64,000 nucleotides of DNA from NCBI GenBank assembly GCA_047285805.1, contig JBJBCN010000002.1:352001-416000 (forward strand), in the 5' to 3' direction. This DNA is from Synechococcus sp. (GTDB lineage: Bacteria > Cyanobacteriota > Cyanobacteriia > PCC-6307 > Cyanobiaceae). Position numbers and translations under genes: made by a program. The notes beneath the pieces were generated by a model. That model did no database searches, was not told the DNA's origin, and saw only the letters and a list, made by a program, of their open reading frames with translations. Shown here in pieces: positions 21,574-30,477 of this stretch; the stretch's first letter is position 1, and each line of letters opens with the position of its first letter.

Positions 21574-22512
21574 TTATTGATGTTCATGGCAGTGTTGATG
21601 GTTGGTCTCAAGTTGCAGGGTGCTCTTTCGAATACCAATCTTTGCCAGAGACTGCCTGGCGATGCCGATCACGCGTTCCCCGTCAACGGCGTCGTTCTCA
21701 AGAACGAGATGGGCTGTTAGGGCCGTTCTGGCGGTGCTGATACCCCAGACATGCAGCTCCTCCACGGCCGCCACGCCGGGTAGCTGTTGGAGCAGTGATT
21801 CGACAGCGCCCAGATCCACCCCCCGCGGAGCCGCATCGAGATTGAGCGCAACCGCCTCCCGCAGCAGATCAATTGCGCTCCAGATCACGGCGGCGCCAAC
21901 GCCGATGGCAGTGATCGCATCGAGCCACAGCCAGCCGGTGAAGCCCACCAGCAGGGCACTCACCAACACCGCAACAGACACCGCTGCATCCGTGAGCAGA
22001 TGCAACACCGCCGCCCGTTGATTCAGATCGTGGTGGTGGTCGTGGCCAAACAACTTGGCTGAGAACAGGTTGATCACGATGCCTGCAGCGGCAGCCCAGG
22101 CCACAGGGGCCGCGATCAAAGGCACAGGGTTAGCAAGCCGTTGGATGGCTTCCACGACCACCACCACACCAGCCGAGAAGATCAGCAGACCGTTGATCAG
22201 TGAGGCCATCTGGGTGCTGCGCCCGAAGCCATAGGTGAAACGGCCCTTTGGCGGCCGCAGGCTGAGCCATTCAGCGCCCCCGCCGAGCACCAGGCCGATC
22301 ACATCGCCGAGGTTGTGGAGGGCATCGCCAACCAAGGCGAGGGATCCAAACCCGAAGCCGATCACCAGCTGCAAGGCGGTGAGACCGCTGTTAAGCGCGA
22401 TGCTCCAGCGGAAGGCTGCACCAGCAGTGCGCTGAACACGATGGTCATGGCTGTGGGCATGATCATGACCTTGCTGATCGTGGCCGTGGTGATGGCGGTG
22501 TCCAGCTCCCAT
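21574..22512 (-). CDS. Cation diffusion facilitator (CzcD/ZitB-like) exporter
   Basis: His-rich N-terminus; SLALVGDALHNLGD, FTYG, HLLTD, LHVW motifs. Confidence 0.93.
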   Translation of the reverse strand: MGAGHRHHHGHDQQGHDHAHSHDHRVQRTAGAAFRWSIALNSGLTALQLVIGFGFGSLALVGDALHNLGDVIGLVLGGGAEWLSLRPPKGRFTYGFGRSTQMASLINGLLIFSAGVVVVVEAIQRLANPVPLIAAPVAWAAAAGIVINLFSAKLFGHDHHHDLNQRAAVLHLLTDAAVSVAVLVSALLVGFTGWLWLDAITAIGVGAAVIWSAIDLLREAVALNLDAAPRGVDLGAVESLLQQLPGVAAVEELHVWGISTARTALTAHLVLENDAVDGERVIGIARQSLAKIGIRKSTLQLETNHQHCHEHQ

Positions 22513-22515
22513 CGC

Positions 22516-22716
22516 TCAACCCTCCGCCTGAGCCGCTAGGTAGGCGGCGATCATCTCGTTCATGCCTTGCTGGGTACGGCCGTGGGGCCGGTATCCCTTG
22601 GCCGCCCAAACGCGATCGAGCTCCATGCGCAGCTCGGGTGTGATCCAACAGGAGAGCAACACCTTGCCCTCCCGGCTGGAGGTGCAACGCTTGGTGGCCA
22701 CTGGGCGTTCGCTCAT
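22516..22716 (-). CDS. Small hypothetical protein
   Basis: 66-aa ATG ORF ending 3 bp before the CDF start, suggesting co-transcription. Confidence 0.5.
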   Translation of the reverse strand: MSERPVATKRCTSSREGKVLLSCWITPELRMELDRVWAAKGYRPHGRTQQGMNEMIAAYLAAQAEG

Positions 22717-22791
22717 GTCACAGTTAATGTATACAAGTGCTCAGTGGGTTTTGCTCTCCCCCTGGCAGTTGGGTTTGGAGTCCCCTGTTGG

Positions 22792-23043
22792 GCCGTGGAC
22801 AAGTTCCAGGGTCAAGAGGCCCCGGTTTCCATCCTGTCGTTGACGGCGAGCAGCGCAGAGGAGGCGCCGCGTGGCCTGGGTTTCCTGCTCTCGGCCAACC
22901 GCCTGAATGTGGCGATGAGCCGGGCGCAATGCCTCTCGATCGTGGTCGGCTCACCGACGCTGGCGGCAGGATCGGCGAACAACGTCGAGGAGGCGGAGCA
23001 ACTCAACAGCCTCTGCCGAATCATTCAGGCCAGTCAGACCTGA
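22792..23043 (+). pseudogene. C-terminal fragment of a superfamily 1 (Upf1/DNA2-like) helicase
   Basis: VDKFQGQE and NRLNVAMSRA (motifs V and VI); no Walker A or other N-terminal motifs. Confidence 0.8.
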
Positions 23044-23058
23044 GCCGATCCCCCTCGA

Positions 23059-23556
23059 CTAGGACTCGGCAGTGAGGACCTGCTGCGTGACCGGGAAAGA
23101 GCGGCAGGTCAGTGGAAAGTTCGTGAGCTGCGCCCGGCGTGCAACAAAGCCAGAGAGCGAATCGAGGTTGATGACCAGGCTGTTGGGGATGACATACAGC
23201 AGCGTCAGACGCTGGTCGTCGCGGATCGGAACCGGTGTGATGTGCAGCTCATCGTCCCTGAAGGTGTAACTGAAACGCCTCTTGTCGTCTGCGTCTCGCT
23301 TAAAGGACGGTGGTAGGGGAGCGAGCTTGTTGTGTTCGCGATCAAAGGCATAGAGGCGCTTGGCCTGCTTGGAGTAGGTCCAGCCCTGGCCTTGGTCGGA
23401 CGCAAATGTCTTGCTGGCCTCGTCGGTGAAGCCGTTCTCATCCTGCAAGCAGACCACTCGTTGGATGTCTTGGTCTGTCGACAAGGGTCCAGGGCTGCCA
23501 GAGCAACCGACAAGCAAGGCAGCTGTCACTGCGAGGAACAAAGGACGTGGCGGCAT
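23059..23556 (-). CDS. Hypothetical lipoprotein
   Basis: Signal peptide with LVGC lipobox; 165 aa. Confidence 0.7.
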   Translation of the reverse strand: MPPRPLFLAVTAALLVGCSGSPGPLSTDQDIQRVVCLQDENGFTDEASKTFASDQGQGWTYSKQAKRLYAFDREHNKLAPLPPSFKRDADDKRRFSYTFRDDELHITPVPIRDDQRLTLLYVIPNSLVINLDSLSGFVARRAQLTNFPLTCRSFPVTQQVLTAES

Positions 23557-23954
23557 GTCAGCGACAGAGAACTGAGCCCAACCACTTGAAGAGAACTGCC
23601 AGCAGGGAGGGGCAGATCAAGAGTGGGACGTCATTCCTCGCACGGCACAAGCTTGAGAGCAGAACCAAGCTCGTCGCTCCCTCTCCTCTTGCGTTAGAAG
23701 CGCCAGCAGGGCCATAACCACTAAGGACACGGTCGAGTGATTCCCCGTGATCCGAGACGGGGGAGTGCCAAGCTCCCCCACCTCAATGCTCCTAGCTGGG
23801 CGCTGAGGGGAAGTGACGTGTTCGCGTTCAACCTCCACTCTCACTGGAAACAGGCCATCAGGTCCGCTCTCAGCGGCCGGGAGGCATCGCCGGCAAGAAG
23901 TTTCGTCAAGGATTAGCAGTAAATACCTTCCGCCGTGGGAAAGTTCACAGTCAT

Positions 23955-24116
23955 ATGCACGATCTACAGACTCCCTTTGGGTTCTTTGGAGAACTGGTCG
24001 TCGGATCCGCCTTGCTCCTCATGGCTCGATCACTCAAAGAAGTCGGATTACTCGCTGCAGCGTTCTTGGTCGGCTTCGTCGCCCTCGAAACCTGTTTGCG
24101 CATGAACGGTCTGTAA
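23955..24116 (+). CDS. Possible small membrane protein (53 aa)
   Basis: Hand translation: MHDLQTPFGFFGELVVGSALLLMARSLKEVGLLAAAFLVGFVALETCLRMNGL. Confidence 0.3.
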   Translation: MHDLQTPFGFFGELVVGSALLLMARSLKEVGLLAAAFLVGFVALETCLRMNGL

Positions 24117-24159
24117 GGGAACCAGCCCCCTCCCTGTAACCGCGATACCACTGCGCTTC

Positions 24160-24369
24160 ATGACTGAATGGCTTAAGAGCCCAAGCGGCAATAGGGTTGC
24201 CCGCTTTTCTGGTACTGGTCTAGGCCGAGCTGAGGTCACAAAAGCGCGTAAAGCGGGTTGGTCTGATCCTCTGGTCGAGCGGCACGATGTGATGAGTCAG
24301 TCGCAAGCCCAACTGCAGTGGCATGGGTTACGCAGTGAGGGATGGACGGTCACTAACCCACAGTGGTGA
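24160..24369 (+). CDS. DUF1651-like small picocyanobacterial protein
   Basis: WL.SP.G...F N-terminus and W..L...GW....PQW C-terminus; family recalled from memory. Confidence 0.55.
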   Translation: MTEWLKSPSGNRVARFSGTGLGRAEVTKARKAGWSDPLVERHDVMSQSQAQLQWHGLRSEGWTVTNPQW

Positions 24370-24944
24370 AACCAGGGCGGGCAGAAAACTGGACTTGAGA
24401 GCTGAGGGAAGGAAGTAACTCAGGCAACTGTCGTGTCGGTCCTGGAAGTAACAGCTCCTGGGTCGGGCTAGGGGAGGAAGCCGCGTAGGGGGAGCTGCAC
24501 TTTCACCATCAGGTGTTTCCCCAAAAAAGCAGCACTGGCGATTACTGCTTTCTCGGGCAGCATTTCACATGGAAAGCGTCCGCGCGCTGTGCGCAAATCT
24601 TCTTAACTAATGCGATCTCGGATCCATGTTGGAGCGGTTAATCAATCCGCTTTTGCTGTAAGCCTAAAAACCACAGGTCGCTCATCTTCTGGATCAGTGC
24701 AAGCGTTAACGACTCTGTTCTTGCAAAAAGCAATAAGTTTGTTTTGCGCCTTGCCTTGGATAGGCCAGTTTTAGGTTGAATGCTTTTGGCGCCTTCACTG
24801 ATACCTATTCTGTTGATTGGTTGCGAGTTGGGCACGCTCTTGATCGAAGCGGCCAGCTGGTCCTCTCCCGGTTACCCGGCGCTTCGTTCCGCCGTTAAGA
24901 GTTCAAGGGATCAGCGGGTGTGAAGACTGTTCTCGTGTAGTTTG

Positions 24945-25070
24945 CGGGCCTGGTTTCAGCAGTGATCAGCTGCTGAAGGAAACGGGGAAAGTCCGGTGGA
25001 AATCCGGCGCTGTCCCGCAGCTGTGAAGCGGCTTCAACAGATGCCGTCAGTCAGAACGCCCGCCAGTTCA
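24945..25070 (+). promoter_or_regulatory. Cobalamin (B12) riboswitch
   Basis: GGGGAAAGTCCGGTGGAAATCCGGCGCTGTCCCGCAGCTGTGA core and AGTCAGAACGCCCGCC B12 box, directly upstream of hupE/ureJ. Confidence 0.92.
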
Positions 25071-25087
25071 ACACGACGAGGATCGAA

Positions 25088-25717
25088 ATGACTAAGGACT
25101 TGCGCGGCCAGCGCTCAGGCCTTGCACTGGCTTTTTGTGGCGCCACAGTCGTCCTGAGCTGCAGTCCAGCTCTGGCGCACCATCCCTTTGGAATGGGCGA
25201 CTCAAGCAATTTGACTGCTCTTCAAGGCCTATTGAGCGGAATCGGTCATCCCCTGCTTGGACCCGACCACCTGCTCTTTTTGATTGCGATCGCTTTTATT
25301 GGCCTTCGCAAGCCAACAGCTTGGGTTCTCCCCCTTCTGGCAACAGGTCTTCTGGGCAGCCTTGCATCCCAGATCGTGCCTCTTCCAGATGCAGTCGCAC
25401 CGTGGGCAGAAGCGATTGTTTCCTTGAGCTTGGCGCTTGAAGGCTTGATTGCCTTGAACAAGCTCCCGGCCAATCTTCTTCTGCCCCTAGTCGGCCTACA
25501 TGGCTTTTTGCTCGGCAGCACGATCGTTGGAGCAGAACCAACCCCGTTGTTGACCTATTTCATTGGTCTTCTGGTTGGCCAGGGTGCTCTGCTTCTTGCT
25601 GTGTGTGCGGGTGCATCACGTTTGCGTGAATGGCTAGGTGCAAACGGCCAAAGGCTTGCTGCGGGAATCTGGATGGGTATTGGTATGGCCTTTGCCTGGG
25701 TGGCCCTCATCGACTGA
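25088..25717 (+). CDS. hupE: HupE/UreJ family Co/Ni transporter
   Basis: ALAHHP, GIGHPLLGPDHLL, GLHGF motifs; located behind a B12 riboswitch. Confidence 0.9.
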   Translation: MTKDLRGQRSGLALAFCGATVVLSCSPALAHHPFGMGDSSNLTALQGLLSGIGHPLLGPDHLLFLIAIAFIGLRKPTAWVLPLLATGLLGSLASQIVPLPDAVAPWAEAIVSLSLALEGLIALNKLPANLLLPLVGLHGFLLGSTIVGAEPTPLLTYFIGLLVGQGALLLAVCAGASRLREWLGANGQRLAAGIWMGIGMAFAWVALID

Positions 25718-25761
25718 ACTCAGTTTGACGTTGATGTTCAGCACGATGAATTAAGTCAGTC

Positions 25762-26559
25762 ATGTGGAATGTGCATGAGCAAGAACTCTTTGCTTTCTTG
25801 CTCACACTTGGTGCTGGTTTATCGACCGGTATCGGCAGTTGGCTCGGGGTGCTCAGTCGCCGTTTCAGCCCAGGCCTGCTGACCACCGCTTTGAGTTTTT
25901 CTGCCGGCGTGATGATCTTTGTCTCCTTCGTGGAGATCTTCCCGAAGGCGCGTCAGTCCCTGACCCCTGCGCTGGGCACTAGCACCGCTTACTTGGTGAC
26001 GGTCCTGGCGTTTTTTGCAGGGATGTTGGCGCTGGCGCTGATCGATCGGCTGCTGCCGTCCCATGAGCTGGCGATCCTGCCGTTGCGGGAAGGGTCTGAT
26101 TCCTCGGCCCTGATGCGCACGGGCTTGTTCTCGGCCCTCGCCATCGCGATCCATAACTTCCCCGAGGGGCTCGCCACCTTTGTGGCGGCTCTGTCTGAGC
26201 CCCGGCTTGGCATTGGCATCGCCATTGCCATCGCCATCCACAACATTCCTGAGGGGCTGGCGGTGTCAGCCCCCGTCTATTACGCGACCGGCAGCCGCAC
26301 TCAGGCCTTCTGGATTTCCTTTGCCTCCGGATTGGCGGAACCGCTCGGAGCGCTCATCGGTTACGTCTTTCTCCGCTCGTTCCTCAACGACGTGGTCCTC
26401 GGTCTGGTCTTCGCCAGCGTCGCCGGAATCATGATCTACATCTGCTTTGACGAGCTGCTGCCGGCGGCGCAGCGCACTGGTGCGAAGCACCATCTGATGA
26501 TGGTTGGCGTCACTGCCGGCATGTTGGTGATGAGCATCAGCTTGGTGATGCTCGCCTGA
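25762..26559 (+). CDS. zupT: ZIP family divalent metal transporter
   Basis: AGLSTGIG, HNFPEG, HNIPEG, SGLAEPLGA, DELLP. Confidence 0.92.
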   Translation: MWNVHEQELFAFLLTLGAGLSTGIGSWLGVLSRRFSPGLLTTALSFSAGVMIFVSFVEIFPKARQSLTPALGTSTAYLVTVLAFFAGMLALALIDRLLPSHELAILPLREGSDSSALMRTGLFSALAIAIHNFPEGLATFVAALSEPRLGIGIAIAIAIHNIPEGLAVSAPVYYATGSRTQAFWISFASGLAEPLGALIGYVFLRSFLNDVVLGLVFASVAGIMIYICFDELLPAAQRTGAKHHLMMVGVTAGMLVMSISLVMLA

Positions 26560-26584
26560 AGGCGGACCACTAATTTTCTCCTGT

Positions 26585-26605
26585 CGAAAAGAATCAATCT
26601 TTTCG
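26585..26605. promoter_or_regulatory. Palindrome upstream of the porin gene (candidate operator or terminator)
   Basis: CGAAAAGA-atcaa-TCTTTTCG in an AT-rich intergenic stretch. Confidence 0.4.
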
Positions 26606-26658
26606 TTTAAAGCCTCTATTAATCGCAGTTAATTACTTTTCCCCACTCCCTCTTAAAA

Positions 26659-28215
26659 ATGAGAAGCTTTCAAAACTTTCTCCTCGCGCCTGCAGCTCTG
26701 GGCCTTCTGGCTCCTGTTGCTGCAAACGCCGCTGACGTCAACATCGCCGGCCTGAGCCAGTACGGCACCGAAGAGCAGGTGACTTCGATCACCCAGTTCT
26801 CCGACGTGCAGCCCACCGACTGGGCTTATCAGGCACTGAGCAACCTGATCGAGCGCTACGGCTGCGTCGCTGGTTACCCCAACGGCACCTACCGCGGCAA
26901 CCGTGCGATGACCCGCTATGAAGCGGCCGCACTGCTGAACGCTTGCCTCGACCGGATCACTGAAGTGACCGACGAGCTCAAGCGCCTGATGAAGGAATTC
27001 GAGCGTGAGCTGGCTGTGCTCCGCGGCCGCGTGGACGGCCTCGAGGCTCGCGTCGGCGAACTGGAAGCCTCTCAGTTCTCCACCACCACCAAGCTGCGTG
27101 GTCTGGCCACCTTCGTTGTGGGTGCCAACAACTTCAGCGGCAATGCTCGGCAACTTGTTGATGAGAACAAGGGAAAATTTGCTGCAGCGACATTTAACTA
27201 CGATTTGCAGTTGAATATTGACACCAGTTTTACTGGTAGAGATTTACTGCGTAGCACACTTCGCGGCGGAAACTTTGACGGGACCTGGAATTCATTTGGC
27301 GGAGCCGGCCCAAGCAGCTTGTCACAACTAGAGGTTGCTTTCCAGGAGGAAGGTGGAGCAGATGTCGTAGGAATTGACAGGCTTTTCTATCAGTTCCCTA
27401 TGAATGACTTTATTTTCTCTGTGGGACCTCGGGTTGCGCAAGAGGACATGCTTCCCATTTGGCCATCGATTTATCCCGCAAGTGCAGTCCTGGACCTTCT
27501 GACGCTAGGAGGCGCGCCTGGGGCATACAACAAAAATCTAGGTTCTGGTGCTGGTATCTCTTGGCAATCCAATGGATATGCAGTCGGAGCTAACTATGTT
27601 GCTGCGAATGGTCGCAACGGAGATCCTTCTCAAGGAGGAATTGCCACCGCAGGATCTGGTGGAACAGGGTCTGTTCAGCTGGGTTATGCATCTGGAGAGT
27701 GGGGCATAGCCGCCCTTTACTCGCGACTTCAGAATGCAAATGACCTGTTCGTATATGGAACAGACTTCACCCTCGAAAGTTATTCCAAACCTGGCACCAC
27801 AAATGCTTTCGGTGTAAGTTCTTACTGGCAGCCACAGACGACAACTTGGATTCCGTCGATCAGTGGAGGCTGGGGCATCAACTCAACCAGTTACGCAAGC
27901 TCTGTTGTCAGTCGTGGGCTGACAGCCATCAGCCAGTCTTGGAGCGTTGGTCTTCAGTGGAGTGAGGTCCTGCGTCAGGGGAACTCTTTAGGAATGGCTG
28001 TTGGCCAGGCTCCTTTTAGTACCGAACTCGTGGGAGGGGAATCTCTCACTGATGGAAACTTTGCTTGGGAGTGGTGGTACAACTATCAGGTTTCAGACAA
28101 CATCTCCATTACCCCGGCACTCTTTTACCTGAGCCGGCCATTAGGTGATGCAACTCCAAGCAATACAAGCTTCAATCAGCTTGGCGGCCTAGTCAAGACG
28201 AGCTTCAGGTTCTGA
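26659..28215 (+). CDS. Cyanobacterial outer-membrane porin (SLH + OprB-type barrel, Som family)
   Basis: FSDVQPTDWAYQAL SLH domain, coiled coil, QFSTTTKL, terminal F. Confidence 0.93.
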   Translation: MRSFQNFLLAPAALGLLAPVAANAADVNIAGLSQYGTEEQVTSITQFSDVQPTDWAYQALSNLIERYGCVAGYPNGTYRGNRAMTRYEAAALLNACLDRITEVTDELKRLMKEFERELAVLRGRVDGLEARVGELEASQFSTTTKLRGLATFVVGANNFSGNARQLVDENKGKFAAATFNYDLQLNIDTSFTGRDLLRSTLRGGNFDGTWNSFGGAGPSSLSQLEVAFQEEGGADVVGIDRLFYQFPMNDFIFSVGPRVAQEDMLPIWPSIYPASAVLDLLTLGGAPGAYNKNLGSGAGISWQSNGYAVGANYVAANGRNGDPSQGGIATAGSGGTGSVQLGYASGEWGIAALYSRLQNANDLFVYGTDFTLESYSKPGTTNAFGVSSYWQPQTTTWIPSISGGWGINSTSYASSVVSRGLTAISQSWSVGLQWSEVLRQGNSLGMAVGQAPFSTELVGGESLTDGNFAWEWWYNYQVSDNISITPALFYLSRPLGDATPSNTSFNQLGGLVKTSFRF

Positions 28216-28217
28216 TC

Positions 28218-28610
28218 TCATTGATCAGAAGCATGGTGTTCACTGCAGGGCATCCATAAAGAGCCCATCGCGTGAGCACCATTGCAGCCCAATTCTGCGG
28301 CCTTCTCCAGTGCAATCTTTTTGCTGGGGTAGGCCATTAATTGCTTTTGTTCAGAGAAATTTGCATGGTGTTCATGAGTGTTGCTGGGTGCAAGTGACCA
28401 AAGGCCCATCGCATTGATGCCCGTGACCGCAATACCCATCCCCACCACGCAAGCGTTGAGGATTCCCATGCCAACCACGCCGAGGCTGATAGCGCCCATT
28501 GGCACCACGCCAATACTCACCACCCCCATTGGCACTACGCCGATCGAAACGATCCCTAGTGGAGCTATCCCAATAGCGAGTAGCTTTGGAGGCTCATTGC
28601 AACTGGACAT
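28218..28610 (-). CDS. Membrane protein with 10-aa Gly-rich repeats and a C-terminal DUF3721-like domain
   Basis: PxGxxSxGVV repeats, then GCNGAHAMGSLWMPCSEH. Confidence 0.7.
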   Translation of the reverse strand: MSSCNEPPKLLAIGIAPLGIVSIGVVPMGVVSIGVVPMGAISLGVVGMGILNACVVGMGIAVTGINAMGLWSLAPSNTHEHHANFSEQKQLMAYPSKKIALEKAAELGCNGAHAMGSLWMPCSEHHASDQ

Positions 28611-28619
28611 GGCTTCTTT

Positions 28620-28886
28620 TTAGTGATTCGTTGCGGCTGAGTGGGTTCCCATTTCGTGGGATTTGCACGGCATCCATAGCTCCCCCATGCGATGAGCGCC
28701 TGTGCAGTTGAAATGCTTTTTGGCTGCTTCCTCTGCTTCGGTTTTTGTTGCATACATTGCTGGCACTCCCAAAGTATTGGCATTGGCGCTCTGTAAAAGG
28801 AGAAAAGACGACGCAGCTACTATCAATGCGGCAGCAGTGCTCTCAACTTTCCCGCAAGGGCTATTGAAATAAGTTATAGTCAGCAC
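28620..28886 (-). CDS. DUF3721-like exported Cys/His protein
   Basis: MYATKTEAEEAA...CTGAHRMGELWMPCKSH; start uncertain. Confidence 0.7.
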   Translation of the reverse strand: MLTITYFNSPCGKVESTAAALIVAASSFLLLQSANANTLGVPAMYATKTEAEEAAKKHFNCTGAHRMGELWMPCKSHEMGTHSAATNH

Positions 28887-29240
28887 GATTAGTCAAAGCA
28901 AATCTAAAGGCATTTTGTACTTGCAGGCAGATGGTGTTCATGTAAAGACACTCGCGCAGCTTTCACGCGTCCCCTCCAAATTAGCAAGGATCAAAAATTC
29001 CCTAGTCTTTTCGAGGGAGGCGCTCCGCAGGTCAGACGGAGCGGCGAGACTAACTCCACCGCTGCACACACAGTGCCTAAAACAATCTCGAAGACTAACG
29101 CCAAAAAGCTGCACAGTTTCGATGCGGCTTATTCGCGATCATGAAAGCTGGAGGCGACAAAAGAGGGGCAAGAGAAGACTTATTCCCTGCAGCCCATTGC
29201 AAGCGGAGAATGATCAGTCAAACTATACATAGACAACCTT

Positions 29241-29627
29241 GTGGCCATGATAGTTGAACAACGACGCTACAAGCGTCCGCTCAAAGATCTCTCCCCAATC
29301 GAATACCAGCTCCGCAAGACCAATCGAGTCCTGGAGAAACTCCGCCGTCACGAACGCGATCTACTCGCTCTGCCTCACTCCCGATCCAAACCCGAACGCC
29401 TACGCCGTTGCCGTCAGCGCATTGCTGATCAACGTCGTATGTATCGAGCCTTCCAGATCGCTGCTTACCTCCTCGGCCTCAAGGTTTGGCCTAAACCCAC
29501 CCAACGTGAACTCAACCCCTGGGCTGAAACAAACAAACCAAACACAATTCCGTCTCCTCCCTCTTGGTTGACTGATCAATTCGATGACTTCAACATTAAT
29601 GCAGATCTAGATGACATCGCAGCATGA
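29241..29627 (+). CDS. Hypothetical basic helical protein
   Basis: 128-aa Arg-rich ORF; start uncertain. Confidence 0.55.
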   Translation: MAMIVEQRRYKRPLKDLSPIEYQLRKTNRVLEKLRRHERDLLALPHSRSKPERLRRCRQRIADQRRMYRAFQIAAYLLGLKVWPKPTQRELNPWAETNKPNTIPSPPSWLTDQFDDFNINADLDDIAA

Positions 29628-29791
29628 CAACATCTCTAACCAGTCATACTCAAACACTCATCCGTAATGGCGAATCCACCCGTTGGGTCAACGTCATTGC
29701 CTCAACTAACGATCACCTCACCATCTCCATCCCAGGTGCTGGTATCCAACGCATCCCAGCCTCTCTAGCCGTCCCTCAATCCACCTCCTAA
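29624..29791 (+). CDS. Small hypothetical protein (55 aa)
   Basis: ATGA overlap with the previous stop; MTTSLTSHTQTLIRNGESTRWVNVIAST...; followed by a terminator. Confidence 0.5.
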   Translation: MTTSLTSHTQTLIRNGESTRWVNVIASTNDHLTISIPGAGIQRIPASLAVPQSTS

Positions 29792-29817
29792 CTTCAATCC
29801 GTAGAAGCAGGTCCCAC

Positions 29818-29850
29818 GCCCTCACGCTCGCCATCGCGTGGGGGCTTTTT
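29818..29850 (+). terminator. Intrinsic terminator
   Basis: GCCCTCACGC-tcgccatc-GCGTGGGGGC stem (one G-U pair) followed by TTTTT. Confidence 0.75.
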
Positions 29851-30477
29851 ATTGCTCTCTCCCTCTCTGCTTCCTTGATGCACTCCCGATGCATTAGTGA
29901 TGCATTGGTGTGGGGGATTTTGCTGCTTTTCTATGAGCGGCTTCACGTACATACATACGGGCGCAGTCGCCCCCCGTGGGGGTCGGCGGCAAGGCCTGGG
30001 GGTGGGGATACGGATGAAGGTCACGTCGTCCGGCTGGCCAGGGCGCCGTTGGCCTGCGTCGTCCACGCCATAAAAGGGTTGGGGCGCGTAGAAAAAAAGC
30101 GTTCCGACCTGCCGCTGAAATTCAACGGTGTGCCCTTCAACCAAAGACGAGACGCCCGCGCGTTTCCTTTAAGGGCCAAGGCTGGCCAACCGGTTCCGAT
30201 CGGTGTTGATGGCGGCAATGACTGAGAGAGCACTGCCGATTGCACCGATGGCGTCACTGGTGGCAGTGGACTGATGGCACTGACAGCAGGGCCACCACAA
30301 CCCAACGGTTTCGGCGGGGCGCCACAACCTGGGGCCTGGCCACCGCCACAACAGGGATTGAAGGCCAGCGAAACGGTCCTTCGCCTTGATCCAGCGAAAG
30401 GGTGTGCTGTATGGTTTCGGTGGGCCAGCGCAGCGCCAACTGCCTGACCCGTGATCAATCCAGATGGAGCTGGACCG

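Noticed and set aside
29203..29222. GAGAATGAT as a Zur/Fur box
   Set aside because: Only a half-site is present, with no matching inverted half.
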